A stretch of 64,000 nucleotides of DNA, from NCBI RefSeq assembly GCF_009914755.1, contig NC_060927.1. One strand, written 5' to 3'. Position numbers and translations under genes: made by a program. Numbering within the stretch: position 1 is the stretch's first letter; every line of letters starts with the position of its first letter. Under the pieces are notes generated by a model. That model was not told the origin of the DNA. It did no database searches and worked only from the letters and a program-made list of their open reading frames with translations. Shown here piece after piece: positions 29,765 to 43,595 of this stretch. Source of the DNA: the human T2T-CHM13v2.0 reference genome, Homo sapiens.

Positions 29765-30634
29765 AGTTAGTGAAAAAATCTAGTTCTATGATTGGTTTTG
29801 TTCCCTCCTTTCTTATGATCACTATTCATTCAACACCTTTTATATGACATGCAGTTTGAAAGCACAGGGTATGCAAAAATTATCCCCGTTTTCGGTTGCA
29901 GTATCTGTTGCTGACCCAGATAACTTCATTTCCTTCAGCTGTGCTTTCATTTTCAACTTCTCTAGTTGGAAATAAATCCTCTTGTGTTGCCCCTTGAGGG
30001 AGAAATCGTTTAGCAGGAAATCACTTACTAATCACAGTTCATTAATCACATATAAAGAATACTTTATAAATGTCAACTGTCATTCATAGAAAATGTATGT
30101 TACCTTGAGGAATGTCTATGAATTACTTATTCATTTTCATTGCCTTTCACACATTATATTCCTTAGGAGTTTATTAATTTCAAATATAAATTGACTATGA
30201 CTTATACAGAGTCTTGCAAACAAGAGAGATAGCAGTTTTGCACCTTTTCTTTGATTTACTTGTTATCTTCCTGGTCATGTAGTTAGTCTGTTAAAGTCAC
30301 TCTGCCTGTATAGCTTGTTGAAGGTTACAGGCAGTGGAGTGCTGGAACTGGTTTATGTCGAGACCTCTTCCCAATTCCATGTTCAATGATGTCTTTGTTG
30401 ATAGCTTAAAATTGGCTATGGTGAGAGCGTTTACACTTTGGAAATTGGCAGATGGCAACCATAGTTCTCTCCTAGACAACCACTTATTAAACCTTTAGCA
30501 GCACTCACTGTTTATAGTGTTCTTTTTCGTTTTTTAAAAATACTTTTATTATGAGGAATAGCCATGTAGAATTTTATTTCCAGATATTTTGTTGTTTAAA
30601 ACCCTAAGAACATCACTCACTATACCAATTGCCA

Positions 30635-30810
30635 ACTGAGTAACTGGGAAAGTTACTTAGCTTTTCTGTGCCCAAATGTCCTTATCTGTAAGACGGGGAT
30701 GATAATAATAGCACGTACCTTGGGATTGATGTGAGGTTGAATAAGAAACACATTTATTTCAGTGAATACATAATGACCTGGAATGAATACTCAAATAATG
30801 CTACCTGTTA
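30635..30810 (+). mobile_element. MIR
   Basis: gggaaagttacttagcttttctgtgcc...ttatctgtaagacggggatgataataatagc. Confidence 0.75.
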
Positions 30811-31739
30811 TCTCTCTGTACTTTAATTAATAGATATTTATTGATCCCTTACTAAGTACTTAGCATTTTGCCATGTACAGTGGGTCATCTACTGAGACTC
30901 AGTACCTCCCACATCAAGTTATTAGCCACATTGACCTGTGGCAAATGACTTCTTTTGATGTTCCCATGTAATGCCACATACCCGCCCCCCCCCGCCCGCT
31001 TTTTTTTCATTTGTTTTTGTTTGTTTTTTGGTCTTTCTGCCTGGGACTCTTTTTTCTTCCTACATGAGTTTTGCAGACCTTTTCCATGTTTATATATGGC
31101 TCATACATTCCCTCCTCTAGAAAGCTTCTCCTCACTCTAGACCTGGCCACATAACTGTTTTGCCTCTTTGCTTATGTAGTTTGGAGTATGAATCATAATA
31201 ATTATGTATCTTACTCCATCTCTGCATTTGATTCCACAGCCTACGACTTACACCTTTGTGTTCTTAACCTCTTAGTAAGAAATGCCTGACACGTAGTAGA
31301 CTGACTAGAAGTGTACATTGAATGTTTGCTGGTTAAAGGAATGGAACATGGACTTCACTCATAGAGACCTTACTATTTGGTTGAAGAGATAATGCATACA
31401 CATGTGACATGAAGGTAAACACAAAATATATTGAAGATATCTGTATTTTATTTTTTTTAGTTTATAGTTAATTTTTACATACTATATATTTTTGTAGTAG
31501 GTAAGTCAATTATTTTCATGCTACAGATATGGACATTTATGTATTTATGTACAAATACATTGATTTAGGTTATCTAGGCCAGATTGTAAGTAGCAAAGCC
31601 CTGTTTGTAAACCAGGTTTTGTGACTTCAGGTTAGAAATATTAAAAAAAAAAAAAAATCCTTAATTGCTCTTCCAGATATGAACTCATTCTTTTTTTTTT
31701 TCCCCTGTGATTTCTGTCTTTTTTGTTTGTTAAGTTTAA

Positions 31740-32580
31740 AAAATTTATGGCAATTTTTAAATGTACATAATATTAGAGAAACAATATAACAACCCCCTCC
31801 ATATATCTATCAGTCAGCATTTTGTATGCATGTATCCGTATGTGCATCAGCCAACATTTTGCCCTTTTTGTTACCTTTCACACTCCTTTTACCCCTGTAG
31901 CATGTTAAAAGAAGTCTCAGACATCCTATCATGTCACTTATACTTCTTCAGTAGTATCTCTGACAGTTAAGAACTTATTTTAAATATAACTCCATTTCCA
32001 AATCTATGAAAATTGACGACAATTTTATTGTATCATTTGATAGCCACTTTATGTTCAACTTTTCCTGATTGTCACAGCAATGTCCTTTTTTAATAGGTAC
32101 GTTTTTCCAGTTAGCATCTATGGTGTCATTTAGCTTGTTCTTCCATCATCCTTATTTTCTGTAAACTGAAAATTAGAGTCGAGTTTAACTTTAATGTTAT
32201 TTATTATTATTTGGGGGGAACATTTCCTGGAAGGTTCTGTATACTTTCTATTTCATCATATCAAGAGGACATAATTTTAGTAATCCCTGCTTTTAATGAT
32301 GCTGCAATCTATCAGTGAATCAGATTGGCCTGGGCCAATCCTTATAAAGTTCTCCATCAGACTTGGATCCAATGATTTCACCTCATTGTTGATCATTTTG
32401 TAGCCATGATATTTTTTAGAGTTTGCAAAAATGGTGACTTTTAATTATATAATTTCTGCTGCGTTTATTATCAAGAATTTTTTTCATAAAGATCTTTTCA
32501 TAGTAACTAATGGTCAACTTCAAAACATAGTTTATATCAGAAAAAGGGAAAAAATGCATGATATTTATCAATTTTCAGAA
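31740..32580 (-). mobile_element. Old L1M 3'-end relic
   Basis: T-rich diverged sequence with L1MC/MD/ME-like motifs; subfamily not resolvable by eye. Confidence 0.45.
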
Positions 32581-32672
32581 TCAGATATTCTCTTCTAACA
32601 TAAGATCTAAATAAGCTTACACATATAATCAAGGATGCCAGTAAATTTTTCTAAAAAATTTTTCCCTTGGGA

Positions 32673-33030
<358 letters not shown>

Positions 33031-33230
33031 TAATTTTTTTTGATTAATATGTTTTGATAACATTGTTCCTATGGTAATATTATCAAAAAAGTTTTCTTTC
33101 CTTCCTTTTTGTTTATCATTAATGTGCCTCTGTATGGTTGAATTTATTTACTCAGAAGATATTTATTGGGCATCTGTCTTTTTTTATCAAGCTCTGTGCT
33201 AGTCCCTGAGGATGTAGATATGAGCCCTGC

Positions 33231-33545
33231 TTTTTTCTTTTCTTTCTTTCTTTTTTTTTATTTGAGACAGACTCTCACTCTGTCACTCAGGCTGAGTGCA
33301 GTGGCATGATCTTGGCTCACTGCAACCGCCGCCTCCTAGGTTTAAGTGAATCTCCTGCCTCAGCCTCCTAAGTAGGTGAGATAACAGGCATGGGCCACCA
33401 TACCCAGCTAATTTTTGTATTTTTGGTAGAGATGGGGTTTCACCCATGTTGGCCAGGCTGGTCTCAAACTCCTGGCCTCAAGTGATCTGTCTGCCTTGGC
33501 CTCCCAAAGTGCTGGGATTATAGGCTTAAGCCACTGTGACCGGCT
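33231..33545 (-). mobile_element. AluS
   Basis: Reverse Alu dimer; TSD ctgctttttt. Confidence 0.92.
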
Positions 33546-35283
33546 GCTTTTTTCCTAGAATATATAGTTTGGGTTTCTTTTCCACTCGTGATGTGATTTA
33601 AAAAATTGAACCTGTTGTATATGAATGTGGTTTTGTAAACTATAATATTTGGTATCATATACTATATTTTTTTCTATATATATATATGCTACTATATAGT
33701 CATATAGTAGCATTTTTTTTTATAGCTTTCTTTGGAGTTCTTGGTCTTAGTGTCTAAAATAGTGGCCATAAAGGAATTTGGAAGTTAAGTTGTTCTTGCT
33801 GACCCAAAGAAAAATCAGATGTTTCTGTTTAGGACACTGTATGTGACAAACAAGGAAGTTTTTATTAATTTATTTTTTTGAAGAAGAATTGATGAGAGAA
33901 TAATGAGAATTCCTCCAAGATTAAAAGTAAATTATAAGATCCTGTGCTATTTTAATGTAAGCCAACATTTGAATTTAATTTGACTTCTATTTTCAGTAAA
34001 TTAGAGTGAAATTTTAGGGATGTCTTTATCTCCTATAGTGTGTGTTTTGCCAAGATTTATTAAGGGTAATTTTGGATTTTAGAAAATGTACAGTTTCTAA
34101 AGGCTTGTGAACGTTTTATATTGATAGAAAATGTAAGTAAGACTAGTAACACATTATTTTCTCCAAAGGATCCTGTGACTGACACAAAAAATATGATATA
34201 ATATTGAATCTGCCAAAAGATGCACTGTTAATCTAGGGTTATGTTATGTTGTTATTTTATTAGGTATGTGATACTATGGTGTGAATTTTAGAATATAGGT
34301 AATTATTTAAGTAATTACTGTAATTCTAAACATCTTCTGAGATGTTTTCTCTAAAGCAGAAACTCAGCTTTTACTCATGTTTAGATAATGTGATATAGCT
34401 GTTCTAGATATTTGAGATTAGGGTTGAGGCAAATTGTTGACATATAATTAAAATGTATTTTATAACTAAAATTTAGAAGAATGGAAAAAGTTTACATTGT
34501 ATTTATAAGACTTTGCTAACATGCTTTATGACATTACGGAGAAGTACTAGGAAGAAGGAGATCTTTAAAAGGAGTGATATTCTGTTTGCTTTGCTGGAGT
34601 ACCTTATCAGGAAATTTGAAATCTTAGCCCTTTAATTGTGATATCTGTTAATTCTAAAACTTACACTGAATTTAACTTTGAAGGTCAACATATGGATTTT
34701 TTTAAAAACAATATTTACTCTATCAAAAGATTAGTTGTATTTTTGACTTGAGGAAATAGCTTAATCTGAACAGCACGAAACTTGACAAAAAAGTTTGCTA
34801 ATACATAAATATTGGCTATTTTAATCTGTTGAAAACGGAAGGCTAGTACCAAGGGAGACGGTAGTAAAATTATAGAAGGAGCTAGTGAAAAGTAAACATT
34901 ATGCAACATGAAAAGAATACTAGGGGAAAAACTGACAGAGTAGAATAACAGGAAGATTAGTCACTTCTGGAAGGAAAAAAGTAGGTAGGGGCAGGGGGAT
35001 GAAGTACTTTAAACAGGAATGTGGAACTGGAAGTGCTAGGGCTAAAAGACAGATGTGAGCTTATTTGGGAGCTAAACTGGGCTTTGAAAAAGGAATAATA
35101 CTGGTAGCATTTAATATCAAAATTTAAATTTTATGTTAACAATAAGAAAAAAATGGAGAAAAATTTTTGTTAGGGATTATAAAATGCCTGTTAAAATAAA
35201 AAGACTTATATTTACTCCTTTGTGGAGCTGAATTGGTTTCGGTCAGACAGCAATGTCAAATGCAAATCAAGAAAATACATTTC

Positions 35284-35655
35284 TGAGGCCAAGGCAGGAG
35301 ATTTCTTGACCCCAGAAATTTGCAACAACCCCAAGGAACATAGTGAGACTCTGTCTCTACCAAAAAGAAAAGAAAAGGAAAAGAAAAGAAAAAAAATTAG
35401 CCAGGCATGGTGGTGAGCACCTGTAGTCACAGCTACTCAGGAGGCTGAGGTGGGAGGATTGCATGAGCTTGGGAAGTCAAGGATGCAGTGAGCCATGATC
35501 AGCCATTGCACTCCAGCCTGGGCAATGAAACAAGACCCTGTCTCAAGAAATATACATATATATTTTATCTTATATATATATATCTTATATATTATATATA
35601 TATATAATATATATGTCATATATAATATATAATATATATAAGAAATATATATATA
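35284..35655 (+). mobile_element. 5'-truncated AluJ followed by (AT)n low-complexity tail
   Basis: AluJ diagnostics (gggaggattgc, gcagtgagccatgatc); TA-rich at 35550-35655. Confidence 0.88.
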
Positions 35656-36051
35656 ATTTCTTTCAAAACCGGTCAAAGTTCTTTTACTTTCAAGTGATGG
35701 ATAAAATAAAACCATTGTGGATATCATGGGATATATGTGCTATTGGTTTGAAATAATTTTCACTTTTGCATTTATTTATCTGACAAAGGAGTACCAATCT
35801 CTAAATATTTTAAGGATTATTTCTATGAATTCTCTAAAAAATATAAATTGTAACTGTCTATATCATACAAAAATATTTAGCAATCCTTATAACAGAAAAC
35901 AAGATAGTAAACATTGTGTGTATGTTCATGTGTGTGTATGTGTGTTTATTGGTAGTCTCATTAATCCCTAGTCTCTACTGACGTTATTAGGGACATTAGT
36001 GGAACAGATTTTGCTGAACACATTTTCAGCCACTCTGAGTGTTCTTAGGTA

Positions 36052-36174
36052 TTTTATTTATTTAGAGACTGAATCTGTGTTGTCCTGCCTGGTCTCAAAC
36101 TTCTGGGTTCAAGCGATCCTTCTGCCTTACTTTCCCAAGTATCTGGGACTACAGATGCACACCACTGCCCAGCT
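36052..36174 (-). mobile_element. FLAM / Alu monomer
   Basis: Single reverse monomer with (TTTA) tail. Confidence 0.8.
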
Positions 36175-36213
36175 AAAATGTACTTTAAATAAAGTAGATA
36201 ATTCTGGGGTTAT

Positions 36214-36298
36214 CTCAAACTCCTGGCTTCAAGTGATCCTCCTGTCTCAGCCTCCCAAAGTCCTGGGATTACTGGCTTGAGCCACTATGCTTGCCACC
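36214..36298 (-). mobile_element. Tailless 5' Alu/FLAM fragment with 11-bp direct repeats
   Basis: TCTGGGGTTAT at 36203-36213 and 36299-36309. Confidence 0.75.
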
Positions 36299-36516
36299 TC
36301 TGGGGTTATATTAGCATGACACCAGGACAAAAATCTGCCCATTTTTATATCAGGAAAAAAAATGCTACTTTCATTTAGGTGCAGAAAATGGCTTATGCCT
36401 ATTGAAATAAAAAATTCAGTCTAATTTAGACACCTAAGATTATTATTTGCTATAACGACATGGAATACATCACTGTGTGTCACTGAATTCATGGAAATGC
36501 AGTACAGAATGCAATA

Positions 36517-36828
36517 CAGTAATCCCCCCTTATCTGCAATTTCACTTTCTGCAGTTTCAGTTACCCATGGTACAACACGATAAGATATTTTGAGACAGAG
36601 AAACCAAGAGAGAGACCATATTCACATAACTTTTATTACAGTATAATTGTTCTGTTTTATTATAGTTATTGTTGTTAATCACTTACTGTGCCTAATTTAT
36701 AAATTAAACTTTATTGTAGGTATGTATAGGAAAAATAATAGTATATTTAGGGGTTGTTACTGTCCATGGTTTCAGGCATCCTCTGGGGGTCTTGGAATGT
36801 ATTCCCCATAGATAAGGATTATCTACTA
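36517..36828. mobile_element. Tigger2-family MITE (MER8/MER28/Tigger2a-like)
   Basis: Degenerate TIRs cagtaatccccccttatc / gataaggattatctacta flanked by TA; typical internal ttcacataacttttattacagt. Confidence 0.82.
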
Positions 36829-37588
36829 TATACAGTCAGGTAAGCCATTCCCATTGATTTTATTACAAATTGCAGTGCTTCCATGGCTTGCTTACACATA
36901 ATTTGCTGAGGTAACTTTTGCAGAAAGTAACCATTTTACGTGAACACCAAATACTGATTAAAAAAATCTCTTTTTCTCCTTTTCCCTCTCTTTCTCTCCC
37001 TTCTCCCTCTCTCCTTCCCTGTCTTACTCCCTCGTTCCTGCTCTTCTTCTCTTTTCATACTCACACAGACACTCCTTCCCCTACACACACACACATACAC
37101 ACATACACACACACACCCTGCCCCTGGGCATAACTGAATAGGAAATGTTTATTTTCCAAACTACAGAAAAAAACCTTATCTCAAACACTGAAAGTCCTTC
37201 CTTTTCCTGGTTTGGAAACACTAAGTCATACTGAGTCACTTGTAGATTTTCTTTAGCCAGTTTTATTTAAAGCATAAAGTTGTGAGGACAAAATGACTCA
37301 GGAATTTGTAATGTACCATTAGAGCTTTTCACTTTTAGGATGCTAGTTCATATTCAGATGACTTAGTATTAAAGATTGATGGGTTGTTTACTTTCTAGAA
37401 GAATCTGAGGAGCTCACTGTAACTTCACTTATTTTGACCTAAGTATGGCCTAGAGTTTATGCTTATTAATTCATTTATTTCTCGGTAAAGCCATGTCCAA
37501 GGAATTAAATAAAAGGAAGCGGACCCAGTAAGGGTTGATGAATAAGAAGCTGTTACCTTACTCATTTACATGTATTACTTCAAATGTT

Positions 37589-37889
<301 letters not shown>

Positions 37890-38586
37890 TGATACCTCTT
37901 TAAAAATGAAGTTTGTTAAAATGATCAGAAACTTTAATGCAGCTGATTGCATTGCCATTGACATCAGTGAGAAATAAAAACTATAGCTATAATGGTTAAG
38001 TTGAGCAGTTGGAATCTGTATGTCTGTATCTATCTATGTTTATTTAGATGACTGGATAAAAGAGTCATGATTCCTCCTAGTCTATCACGTGGTAATGCCA
38101 AGGTCAGAAAAATCATTTGTTATGATCTATCTTATGTAAAAGCCTGTGGAGTTACTTTGTTTTCCTCACTCATAAGATGTCAAAATGTGCTTTCTAGAAT
38201 TTTTGAATAATTTTTGCTTAAATTCAGTGTTAAAGTTGGAGACTGAAACAAATTTAAATCTGTTGTTAGCCAAAGAGTAAATCAAGCTTATGTGGGTGCA
38301 ATATATAACATGACTACCCAAGAAATTCTGCAAAAAAATGTAGTTGTCTAGCAATTAGGTACAGAGTTGTCATCTTCCTTCTATGATAACTTTTGATTAT
38401 AAAAATAATTGAAGGTAAATAAACTGTAAATGACACACCACCTCAAGCTATGCCACATGGGCACCTAAATAAGTTCTTTTTAGTAAATGCCACCAAATGG
38501 CTGTATTTCTTACAGCTTATGGCTAAATTCTGACAGAGGGGAGGTGCCTTCACCATAAGAGTATTTTCTCTTTGAAGTTTTCATGG

Positions 38587-38589
<3 letters not shown>

Positions 38590-38647
<58 letters not shown>

Positions 38648-38662
38648 CGCATGCGCACACAC
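38590..38662. repeat. (TG)~25(CG)n(CA)n alternating purine-pyrimidine tract
   Basis: 73 bp of uninterrupted alternation. Confidence 0.95.
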
Positions 38663-39409
38663 TAGTTTATATTAGGTTAGAGTTTAAAAAAAGCTGAAGA
38701 TAGCCAAAATTAGTCCAGAGAGTTAGACTTGCTGCCAAACTAAAGAAATAGCTTGGTTTCAGTATTCTTCTGGCTTCTCAGTCTTAACATTTGGGGACCT
38801 GAGTGCTTGATTTGAGCTGACTGAAATTAACCCAGATGGCCCACTTTGGGTCCTCAAGAGCTAATTAAAGGAAGTCATTTCAGTTGCTGAATAATCAAGG
38901 CCGTACCTTCCTCCAATGTTGGTTTCAGCCCACACCTTACAGATGATCGCTGGCTTTCTGAAGCTCTCTCTAAACTCATAATTATTGTTTGGACCCTGCA
39001 TGTAACTAAATTAATTTGCCAAGGATGGGAATGAAATGTAAGTTTTATTGGCAACAATGGTAATCCCCCAAAACAGAATGACAGATACAGTGATGGTAAT
39101 AATGTTACTGCCCTGTTAATGCCTCCGAAGATAAGATACACTTGAAAAATAATGTGAAAACTGAATTTGTCCTTGATTTGAAAAATCTGAGAATCACATA
39201 AAATGTTTGTTAATTTCTTAAGCTGGTAAATATCATTAAGAGAAATGGACACATATAAGATAAGTTTGTGTGCATATTTGTACACAGTTAGGTTTTTGGA
39301 AAAAGACAGGGATATCAGATGCTCCTGCCACCAGGGTTCTGGCCAAACACGACATTTCCTACTCTTGTTTTTGAAGAGTTCTAACACTTCATCAGTTTTC
39401 AAGTGTCAG

Positions 39410-40000
39410 TAGAGAGTGGGCATAAAACCACAATTTCAGGAGCTGCATTCTCTGGGTCCAGATTTCATCTTTGCTACTTATTAGTTGTATAACTTTTGGC
39501 AACTTAACATTATATGCCTCAGATTTATCAGATATACCCTATTAAATGGCAATGTGTCTACCTTGTTAGGTTATTGTGACTCTTAAATAAGTTAATACAT
39601 GTAAAGAACTTGTGGAATTTCAGGGCACACAATGTTACCTTACCATTGATATTATTTGCTGTTATTAAATCTTAATTTTATGTAAACATTTTAAAATGTC
39701 TGTCTCGTTAACAATAAATGTGCAATATACAAATAAATGAAAATCAAAATTAGTGGTGGAGTTTTAATGAAATAATTTAGAGCTCCAGCTCTGGAACTGT
39801 ATAATCTTCATTCAAATCACTGTGACCTTGAAGAAGTTATGTAACCTAACTAAGCCTCAGTTTCCTTGTTTCCAAAATGGGAGCAGTACTAATATCTAAT
39901 CCTTAGAGGAGTTGTGAAAATTAAATGGGATAACACGTATAAAGCACAGAGAACAGTGCTTGGCACTTAATGAGTCTACAGTGTGTGTTAGCTATTGTTT
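39410..40000 (+). mobile_element. Two MIR copies (about 39410-39650 and 39760-40000)
   Basis: tgtgaccttgaagaagttatgtaacc...gcctcagtttccttgtttccaaaatggg core, with a similar copy upstream. Confidence 0.75.
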
Positions 40001-40932
40001 TATTAATTCTGTCATGATGAAGTGAACACTGTGATGCAATACTTTTATACTTAGAATCTGCCTATATAGGGTTTTCAGTTTTGCTAATGAGGAGTGTTAT
40101 TCTCTGCTGTGTAAAGAACACATGCTTTGGTGTTTATAATTTTTCTCTAATAGGTAAATGATTAGGAAAAGAATAACCTGTTATTTTACTTATCCTTTGT
40201 TGAGATATTTAAATTATACAAAAAAACTGTAGATGGCTTTTTATATCTATAGGATTTTAGCTCTGGATAAATCAGTTAGGTAAATGCATTATTAATGTTG
40301 GAACCTGCTTAACTCTGTTGTCCAGCCACATTGTAGCCACTGGTTAAGTCGAACGCCACTAGAAAGAAAAGCAAATAATCAAAAACATCAAAATGGAAAT
40401 GAAATATGGAGCAAGGAAGTCATTACTTCTGTAAAATAAAGGTCTGAGACCTAATATTTTCCCATTGGTTGGAAGTATTGATTATGAAAACATTAGAATT
40501 TTCAGTAAAATTGTTTCTGTGCCAAGATGGCAGATAGAATATTATGAAAGAAATGACCAAAATTGCATATGACATTTATTTTATATGGTAACATTCTTTC
40601 TTTCATTAACAGGAAATTTTAGGGCAATTATTTGCTTATTGGGAATGAGAAGGATGAATGAAAATTTAAAAAGGATTCATCAAGTCTTCCTTATAATAAA
40701 GTAAACTTTTAAGAGCATGTTTTTCCATAGAATTAGAAACTTAGAATTTCATAGTAACAGTGTATTCATCACCTCGTTTGGGGAGCAGATTTTCAGTATG
40801 ATCACAGGAAAACACCTGTTTTGACACTCTGAAAAAGGTGCAGACGTACGGGCAAACTCTCTGTAGGTGTAAATAAGAATGCTTTGGCTAGCATCCTGCA
40901 AGGAGATGGGTCTAAATGGTCTGCTCCAGCTT

Positions 40933-40952
40933 CTGCTGCTGCTGCTGCTGCT
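40933..40952 (+). repeat. (CTG)6 repeat
   Basis: ctgctgctgctgctgctgct. Confidence 0.95.
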
Positions 40953-41022
40953 AATATTGCTGGGAAGGAAAAGTGGCTGACCTGGCATATCCATTACTCT
41001 TGGTGCTGCAGCAGTCACTCAG

Positions 41023-41131
41023 GAAATGTTGTTTAAGGGGAACCTTCTGGATCCTTTTCATGGCACCATGGCAAGAAGAAGCTGTATCTTATCTATGGAA
41101 GATAAAGCATGGAGTTGGCTAATGGATGCTG
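41023..41131 (+). other. Candidate 109-nt frameshifting MBNL1 cassette exon (EMLFKGNLLDPFHGTMARRSCILSMEDKAWSWLMDA)
   Basis: Strong donor CTG|GTGAGT at 41131|41132; weak acceptor cactcag|G; open in phase 0 after the first coding exon. Confidence 0.45.
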
Positions 41132-41889
41132 GTGAGTGAATAAGGCAATTGGGGAGCCAGTTTGCTAAGATACCATTTGGGTAGGCCTGCTCGCTCAAGG
41201 CCTGAGATGACATCCATGGGAAATGGCTTTTGGTATTCTGTACATTAGAAACTGTTTTAGAGAGGAACCGTGGTTTTCACATTGGTGATCTGATCTGTGA
41301 TTCTGTATATGTTCCATAAAGTTCTCATTTATTCTCTGCTTCACTACTTGAAATACTAATATTGAAGTTTGTTCAGTACTTCAGTAGATGGAGCATAGTT
41401 TTCCATGTAACTTCTTAGTCACTAATCTCTACTCTTGTTTTTGACTTGCCCTACAGTGATTTTTAAAAATAACTCTGTGGTATATGAAAGCAGTTGTTCC
41501 TCCTTTCAATTCTAATTGAGCACCTTTTTTTTTTCACAACAGTAGATTATAGGATTTTAAATTATCTTCCCTTTTATGATTTACATCAGACACAAACATG
41601 TCAATAGTTTACTTTTGTCCAATTAAAAATTGGAAGAAATAAGAATTTTAAGTTAATCATAGAGATGTAGGTCAAATTTTCTTAGAATTATTATTCTGTG
41701 GTTAATAGGTATCCCATAAAAACGGTAAGAGCTATGTTTGGGAACTTACAGTGGCATAGTAAAGGTTCTGCCAAGTCATGGGGGAACAGACTTGTTTAAC
41801 TTCAACTTTTAACAGATTCATTTGACCAACCCCCTCTCCTCAACTCTTCTTTTTTCATGAAGAGTGCCTTTCCACATGTGGCACTACCG

Positions 41890-41995
41890 GACAGTAAGTG
41901 TTTATTGAGCACCTACTATGTTGCTAGGCAAACTAGGTGCTGGAAATATAACTGTGAGCACATTCATCAAAAATTTTTCCCCTTGCGATGCTTAA
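41890..41995 (-). mobile_element. L2 3' end
   Basis: tttattgagcacctactatgttgctaggca. Confidence 0.75.
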
Positions 41996-43204
41996 CAACA
42001 GTTATGAAAACCTTTGTTTAGATGATCTGATCTTATGTAAGATACTTTAATAACAACATAATTTTTATTCAAAAATGTAATCTGAAGAGCTTCATAAGTG
42101 AATAAACCTACAATTTCTGATTGACAATGTTTATTTACTTCTCTTCCACTTTTTTGGGGGTTTGTTTCATTTTTGTTGTTTAGATTGTTAAAAACTGGTT
42201 TTCACCAATGGGATTAAGAGCATAGGTGCAGAATACAAACTGCAATTGATTTTTAATTTTTTATTTAAAGTCAAATTATTACCTTTAAAAAAAGGTCAGC
42301 CTCCATTTGGATTCTGCCATAGAGGCTTACACAATCTTTCTGCATTCAAACCTATCACATTGACATGATTATATTTTTAAAAAATTAAGTTTAGTTTAAG
42401 TCAAAATCTAACCTTAGGCACTGTCTCTAAGATGAAAAAGTATTTTTAAAGGAAAATTTAGATTCCTCATTCTCTTATAAAATCCCAGTTCCCTCAAATT
42501 TAAAATACTAACTGCTTAGGCAGTACTTAACATGTCATAAGGTGGGAGTTACTTCATTTTATAACAATGTCTAACTCTTAGTGACTTATCAGACAGAAGT
42601 AAACCTTGCACAAGCTATTTGATAGCTTTTATTTCCTGTGTCACTTAGAATATATATTTTGCAGGTGAGGGGAGAAATCAATTTTCCCAACACAGGATAG
42701 TTTGAACCATTTGTCTCAAAGTAAAATAGACTACTGTTACTATTTTAGTTACCTTAGAACTAAATACCTTGGAATAGAAGAAATTAGATATCCGAAGTCA
42801 AGAATTACACACACATAACTGCTTTTAGGCAATAGCTTTTCTTCTTTACTAATTTCAAGTATAAAGTCCATGGTTAATTTGCTTCGAGTCTTGAAAAATT
42901 GAGAGTTCCTAAATGATTTTGACCATTTTCATTTTCATTTCATACATATTAGGAATTATTAAAGTCCTGTCAGAGTTTATACTGAACCTCTGACTTGATT
43001 TTATCCAGCTCATCAAAGCAAAATTGTCTTAGTAGCACTCTTTTGTAGCTGTTTAATATTTAATATTCAGTGGGCTCCTTAAGGTGAGTTCTTGAAGGCT
43101 TGTGAGTAGTTGAAGAGCTGTGAATGGTGGTTAACAAGCTATTATCATCTCCTTGAAAAGCATAACATGAAGCAGAGATTCAGGAAAATCTTAGACAGTG
43201 ATTA

Positions 43205-43595
<391 letters not shown>

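Noticed and set aside
38875-39402. Longest ORF in the track (175 aa, minus strand)
   Set aside because: Non-ATG start, no recognisable domain or splice context; compatible with chance.
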